64,000 bases of DNA, taken from the sequence record DRR378314_807, one strand, 5' to 3'. Position numbers and translations under genes: made by a program. Shown here in pieces: positions 59,290 to 64,000 of this stretch. How positions within the stretch are numbered: position 1 is the stretch's first letter; the number at the start of each line of letters is the position of its first letter. The notes under the pieces were generated by a model, which did not search any database, was not told the DNA's origin, and saw only the letters and a list, made by a program, of their open reading frames with translations.

Positions 59290-61215
59290 ATGACTATTCT
59301 CAAACGCATGAGCTTATGGCTTGGCCTAAGTATTCTCTCCCTTACCATGCTTGCCGTTATCATTGCCGCTACTCAAACGAATAATAAGATAAGAGCCGAT
59401 CTTGATAATGAAACGGCACTAATTGCCAGTACGGTTCAGGATATGCTGACTATCACCGACCGTTTAATGCGTGATGAGGTAGACGCCAGCTTGTCGGTAC
59501 TGAATCATTTAGTAAACACCCGCGGCGGACTCAGTGTTGGCGATATGACACGAGTAGGCGAACAAAATATACCAGACCTTTTATTAGACGGTACACCGCT
59601 GGCCAACAGCACGGAGCTGGTTGATCTCCAGAACCGGCTTCAGGGTGGGACCGCAACGATATTTTCACGTAACGGCGACGAGTTTATTCGCATTACCACT
59701 AACGTGCAGAACTCACAAGGTAATCGCGCTACGGGTACCCGCTTAGACAGCTCAACCCAGGCATACCAAACCGTTATGCGCGGCGAAACCTATAGGGGGC
59801 AGGTCAATATCCTCGGTCAATCGTACATTACGGCGTATCAACCCATTATAAACAGTGCAAACCGAATAATTGGTATTTTATATGTTGGCTACCTGGCCAA
59901 TTTTGAAGAGCTAAAGCACTACATTGCGGAGTCCCGCATTTTAGATAATGGTTTTGTTGCCCTACGTGACGACCGCGGCACTATTCGCTTGCACTCTTCG
60001 CACCTGACCCCGGACGAAATTACTCGTATTGTCGACGGAAACACGTCTGACTGGCAAATCTCAGAGACTCCTTTCCCAAGCTGGCGGTATGACGTTTTAG
60101 TTGGCGTGGATGAAGAGGAAATACATGCTCTGGTGCTCGAACAAGCCATTAAGATGAGTGTCATTATTATCGTATCCGGCCTGCTCCTGTTGGGCTTAAT
60201 TTTATGGCTGGTTCACAGCGTTGTACTTAAGCGTATAAACCGCATGAATTCGATGATACGCCGTATTGTTGAAGAGGAAGGCGACTTACTTCAACGCATG
60301 AACTCAGATTCTCCGGACGAACTTGGAGATATGGCACGCCAGTTCGATGCTTTACTTGAGCGTATGCGCTTAACCATAGCGTCGGTTGCAACTTTGAGTA
60401 AGCAATCACACGACGAATCAGCTAAATTGGCTCAGATCGCGCGCTACTCCGATGAACTCGCCGGAGAACAGGCTATGGAAGTTGAGACCATTTCAGCAGC
60501 GGTACATGAGCTTGCCACAACGGCACGTAACGTAGCCGACAACACCAGTTTAGCCGAAACATCCGCATTGGAGATTAGCCAGCAGGTTCAGTCAATGCAG
60601 GACATGATTAACCGGCTGCGCAAGCAACAGGTTGGTTTAGCCACGGAATCGGAGCGAGCGCAAAAGGAACTCGCTTCACTGACCAAAGCGTCTGATGATA
60701 TCGCACGTGTTATGGAAGTAATAAATGCGGTGGCAGAACAAACCAACTTGCTTGCGCTAAATGCAGCGATAGAAGCGGCACGAGCCGGAGAAGCGGGACG
60801 AGGCTTTGCCGTAGTTGCAGATGAAGTCAGAGCTTTGGCGTCGAGAACGCAGAAATCCACGGAAGACATCGCTCATTTATTACGTAGTTTGCACGATGGT
60901 GTCGAAGCCGTTGGCGGCGTCATTGTGGCTCAGGCCGAGCAATCGCAGCAAAGCCTTTCAGCTGTAGAAGAGGTGTCGGGAATGAGCGACACAGTCAGTC
61001 AGGCGGTTGAAAATATAACCAGTCAAAACGCTCAGGTGGCAAGTGCCGCCGAGGAACAAAACGCCGTTTCCTCAGATGTCAGTGTGCGCTTAGAGCGACT
61101 TAAAGAGCAAAGTACAAACGTTGCGGAACAGGCAGAAGAAACGGCCAGCTCCAGTAATACGCTCAGCGGCTTAATTCAACAGGTGGACGACCAACTGAAA
61201 CGATACAAAGTGTAA
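59290..61215 (+). CDS. Methyl-accepting chemotaxis protein with a Cache_3/Cache_2 sensor
   Basis: [35 protein letters not shown] signalling motif. Confidence 0.96.
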   Translation: MTILKRMSLWLGLSILSLTMLAVIIAATQTNNKIRADLDNETALIASTVQDMLTITDRLMRDEVDASLSVLNHLVNTRGGLSVGDMTRVGEQNIPDLLLDGTPLANSTELVDLQNRLQGGTATIFSRNGDEFIRITTNVQNSQGNRATGTRLDSSTQAYQTVMRGETYRGQVNILGQSYITAYQPIINSANRIIGILYVGYLANFEELKHYIAESRILDNGFVALRDDRGTIRLHSSHLTPDEITRIVDGNTSDWQISETPFPSWRYDVLVGVDEEEIHALVLEQAIKMSVIIIVSGLLLLGLILWLVHSVVLKRINRMNSMIRRIVEEEGDLLQRMNSDSPDELGDMARQFDALLERMRLTIASVATLSKQSHDESAKLAQIARYSDELAGEQAMEVETISAAVHELATTARNVADNTSLAETSALEISQQVQSMQDMINRLRKQQVGLATESERAQKELASLTKASDDIARVMEVINAVAEQTNLLALNAAIEAARAGEAGRGFAVVADEVRALASRTQKSTEDIAHLLRSLHDGVEAVGGVIVAQAEQSQQSLSAVEEVSGMSDTVSQAVENITSQNAQVASAAEEQNAVSSDVSVRLERLKEQSTNVAEQAEETASSSNTLSGLIQQVDDQLKRYKV

Positions 61216-61228
61216 CGATGTCACAAAA

Positions 61229-61263
61229 GCTTAAATGAACTGTCAACGGCGGTTCATTTAAGC
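61229..61263. repeat. 16-bp hairpin upstream of the plcP-like gene, overlapping Pho-like half-sites
   Basis: GCTTAAATGAACTGTC-AAC-GGCGGTTCATTTAAGC; ATGTCAC (61218) and CTGTCAA (61240) are 22 bp apart. Confidence 0.65.
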
Positions 61264-61300
61264 AGAGGAGTATGGACGAAACCCACAGTGGGAGATCGTT

Positions 61301-62110
61301 ATGCCTCAGGCTCGCTTGAACGCCCGAACTTTGTTTATTTCCGACGTACACCTTGGCTCTAAAGATTGCAAAGCCGAATTTCTGCTTCACTTACTCAAAC
61401 GCGTTGACGTTGAACGGTTGTATCTGGTTGGCGACATTGTCGACTTTTGGGCAATGAAACGGCAGATATTTTGGCCGGATCGGCATCATAAGGTACTTCA
61501 GCAAATACTGGCTATGGCACGTAACGGTGTCGAAGTTATCTACATTCCCGGCAACCATGACGAAGTTATGCGTAAATATCGCCACCCGGATGTGGCCAGT
61601 ATTCGCATTCAACGTCAGGCTATTCATACTACCGCTGACAACAAACGTTTGCTGGTAATGCACGGCGACGCGTTTGATGCCGAAACCTGCCATAGCCGCT
61701 GGCTGTCGTTTGTTGGCGACCATCTTTATGACTTCTTACTGTGGCTTAACCGAACAACAAACCGCATTCGCAACCTGTTTGGCCACAATTACTGGTCATT
61801 GTCGGCCTACGTGAAAAGCCAAATTGGTAAAGCCGAAGAAGTCATTGGCCGCTATCGGGCGGCATCATTCCGCGAAACTAAAAAGCGCGGTTTAGACGGC
61901 ATTGTTTGTGGCCACATTCATCACCCGGAACTGGTCGAGTCTGACGGCTTATTGTACGCCAACACAGGTGACTGGGTGGAAAACTGCACGGCTCTGTTCG
62001 AAAGCCAAGACGGCGAGCTGTCGCTGATGAAATACACATTCTCGGATGCTCAGCCAGCTCGCTTAAGTCGCTTTCGTCGGCGTCGCCGCGCCTATAACAA
62101 CGCGGCCTGA
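61301..62110 (+). CDS. LpxH-family metallophosphoesterase, PlcP-like phospholipase C
   Basis: FISDVHLG, LVGDIVD.W, PGNHD, HGDAFD, YWSLSAYVK, CGHIHHP, NTGDWVE. Confidence 0.85.
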   Translation: MPQARLNARTLFISDVHLGSKDCKAEFLLHLLKRVDVERLYLVGDIVDFWAMKRQIFWPDRHHKVLQQILAMARNGVEVIYIPGNHDEVMRKYRHPDVASIRIQRQAIHTTADNKRLLVMHGDAFDAETCHSRWLSFVGDHLYDFLLWLNRTTNRIRNLFGHNYWSLSAYVKSQIGKAEEVIGRYRAASFRETKKRGLDGIVCGHIHHPELVESDGLLYANTGDWVENCTALFESQDGELSLMKYTFSDAQPARLSRFRRRRRAYNNAA

Positions 62111-62113
62111 ACG

Positions 62114-62908
62114 CTAAGTTAAGGTATCGACAATACCGCCTTCGACTCGCAACGCTGCGCCGGTAGTGGCGCTGGCCTGCGGCGATGCCACGTAAACACT
62201 CATATTAGCAACCTCTTCAGGCGTTGCTAAGCGCTGAATAATGGACGACGGGCGGTTCTCCTGAACAAAGCGGGACTCTATTGTTTCCTGTGAAACGCCC
62301 TCTTCCTCAGCCATGTCTTTAAGCATATTAAGCACGCCTTCTGAGCGTGTGGGTCCGGGCAGTATGGCGTTAACTGTCACTTGAGTGCCGCTAAGTACTT
62401 TCGCCAACCCCCGGGAAATGGACAACAGCGCTGATTTTGTCATGCCGTAATGCACCATTTCACTAGGAATATTAATGCCCGATTCACTCGATATAAACTG
62501 AATACGACCCCAGTCTCGCGCCTTCATGCCTTTCGCATAATGGCGCGAGAGTCTCACCGCACTCATCACGTTCACATCGAAAAACTGCTGCCAGGTATCA
62601 TCGTCCACCTCAAAGAAGTCCTCAGGCCCAAAAATACCGACATTATTAACCAAAATATCGGTGTCTGGTTGCTGTTCAGTCAGAGTTTTGCAACCTTCGG
62701 CGGTTCCAAGATCGGCTGCGACACCTTCAACGCCAGCATCAGGAGCGGCTTTTTTAATCTTGGCGATGGCTTCATCAACCCGCTGTTGAGTACGCCCGGT
62801 GATCACAACATTAGCACCAGCCTTGGCGAGCCCCTCGGCAATTGCAAAGCCAATACCGGCTGTAGAGCCAGTAATAATGGCGTGTTTTCCGTTCAGATCA
62901 ATGTGCAT
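62114..62908 (-). CDS. Short-chain dehydrogenase/reductase
   Basis: TGSTAGIG, NNVG, YGMTK, PGPTRS. Confidence 0.92.
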   Translation of the reverse strand: MHIDLNGKHAIITGSTAGIGFAIAEGLAKAGANVVITGRTQQRVDEAIAKIKKAAPDAGVEGVAADLGTAEGCKTLTEQQPDTDILVNNVGIFGPEDFFEVDDDTWQQFFDVNVMSAVRLSRHYAKGMKARDWGRIQFISSESGINIPSEMVHYGMTKSALLSISRGLAKVLSGTQVTVNAILPGPTRSEGVLNMLKDMAEEEGVSQETIESRFVQENRPSSIIQRLATPEEVANMSVYVASPQASATTGAALRVEGGIVDTLT

Positions 62909-63001
62909 AAGCTGCTCCTTTTTTCTGAATACCCGTACGACACATAAAGAACTATGAACGCACGGCGTGTTAAGGAAAACATGGGACTCATTTTTTCATA
63001 T

Positions 63002-64000
63002 TCAAGGTGCAGAAGGCCGAAAAGTCGCCGCCTCTTTTTCAGCATTAGACAAAGGCTTACTCAGCTTCAGGCTGCCTTCATCCAATACCAGGTAGACCTC
63101 TGGCTTATCTACCAAATGATAAGAAGACCACTCACTATTGGCCAGGCCTTTAACCTGCTTAAAGGTCGCGTTGGTGATAAAACTGTCTGAGCCATCATGC
63201 TTGCTTACGGTTAACTTACCGTTTGCCGAAACAAGGTAGAAACCAGGTGACGCTTCAGGCTGAAACGAAACCGTATTCTTCTCACCACGTAACGACTGCA
63301 GATGCCACTGCTGGCTATAGTTTTCTTTCTCACCTGCAGCAACAACGTTGCCGCCACCCTGATAAGTCAGAAACTCCTTATTTGAAAAGGTCTGCAACTG
63401 TTTCGCATTGTAATGAATACCCGACGCCGTTGGGGTAATTTTCTGGATGCTGCCGTCCTCATTATACTCAAGATGTTCTATCGAAACCGAACGACGATAG
63501 TTCCCACCCGTTGGCAGTGCGGCGGTGTGATAAACCAAATACCACTGCTCTTTGAACTCAAGCACAGCCTGGTGGCTAGTTCCGCTATCGGGCAGCATAT
63601 CCATTATCAGCCCCTGATATTCCCACGGCCCTTCAGGTGAGTCACTTACCGCATACGCCAGCTCTTCAGGATAATTCATCGCAAATGTCAGGTAATATTT
63701 ATCCTGGTATTTATGCAGCCACGGCGCCTCAGTGAAGGTACCTGGCATGTTATTGATATCAACTTTATGAATTTCGCTGTCCAGTTCAGTCATATTGTCT
63801 TTCAGACGCGCGTAGTAGAGGTGCGTGTTCCCCCAATACAAATACGCTTGTCCGTCATCATCAATAAATACAGTTGGGTCGATGTTGTCCCACGGCTCAT
63901 CCTTCATAAATTCAGGCGATTCTGTCATGTCCGCGGTTATCAATGGCCCGCCTATTGCATCTTTCCAGCCATTAACCGGGTCATCCGACACTGCCACTCC
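63002..64000 (-). CDS. Glycoside hydrolase family 43 with C-terminal AbfB/CBM42-like domain; 5' end beyond the window
   Basis: NIDPTVFIDDDGQAYLYWG, FTEAPW, YAVSDSPEGPW, WYLVYH, RSVSIE; C-terminal ATFKQVKGLA..SY...YL repeat. Confidence 0.88.
   Translation of the reverse strand, partial: GVAVSDDPVNGWKDAIGGPLITADMTESPEFMKDEPWDNIDPTVFIDDDGQAYLYWGNTHLYYARLKDNMTELDSEIHKVDINNMPGTFTEAPWLHKYQDKYYLTFAMNYPEELAYAVSDSPEGPWEYQGLIMDMLPDSGTSHQAVLEFKEQWYLVYHTAALPTGGNYRRSVSIEHLEYNEDGSIQKITPTASGIHYNAKQLQTFSNKEFLTYQGGGNVVAAGEKENYSQQWHLQSLRGEKNTVSFQPEASPGFYLVSANGKLTVSKHDGSDSFITNATFKQVKGLANSEWSSYHLVDKPEVYLVLDEGSLKLSKPLSNAEKEAATFRPSAP

Overview
64 kb of gene-dense bacterial chromosome, most consistent with a marine gammaproteobacterium (Alteromonadales/Idiomarina-like; inferred from gene content, not verified). 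No rRNA, tRNA, CRISPR array, prophage or IS element was recognised. Left to right: (1) part of an aryl-polyene (APE)-type lipid pigment cluster (MIO ammonia-lyase, acyltransferases, GT2, dehydratase, acyl-ACP synthetase, two ACPs, chain-length factor, PPTase), followed by galE and a DASH cryptochrome; (2) a flippase plus a pseudo-phosphoesterase/GT4 fusion; (3) a nutrient-acquisition block with four TonB-dependent receptors, a haem-uptake locus with a Fur box, an FTR1 iron permease, katG, NAD salvage (pncB-pncA, macrodomain) and a phytase locus with Pho boxes; (4) a seven-gene operon ('thermostable hemolysin' family protein, adenylating enzyme, haem-oxygenase-like diiron enzyme, SDR, exported TPR protein, QseB/PmrA-like response regulator and kinase). 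This operon, a cytochrome b561 and an LTA-synthase-family transferase (divergent from dgkA) share CTTAAG-N5-CTTAAG boxes placed exactly 10 bp upstream of a -10 element; (5) orphan immunity-like proteins, two chemoreceptors flanking a TorF porin, a PlcP-like phospholipase, an SDR and a partial GH43. Best candidates for undescribed biology: the diiron-oxidase operon and its local regulon, an unannotated ~70-nt Pho-box-driven sRNA at 24924-24994, the pseudo-phosphoesterase-GT4/flippase module, and a switch-like 5' leader upstream of a TonB receptor.
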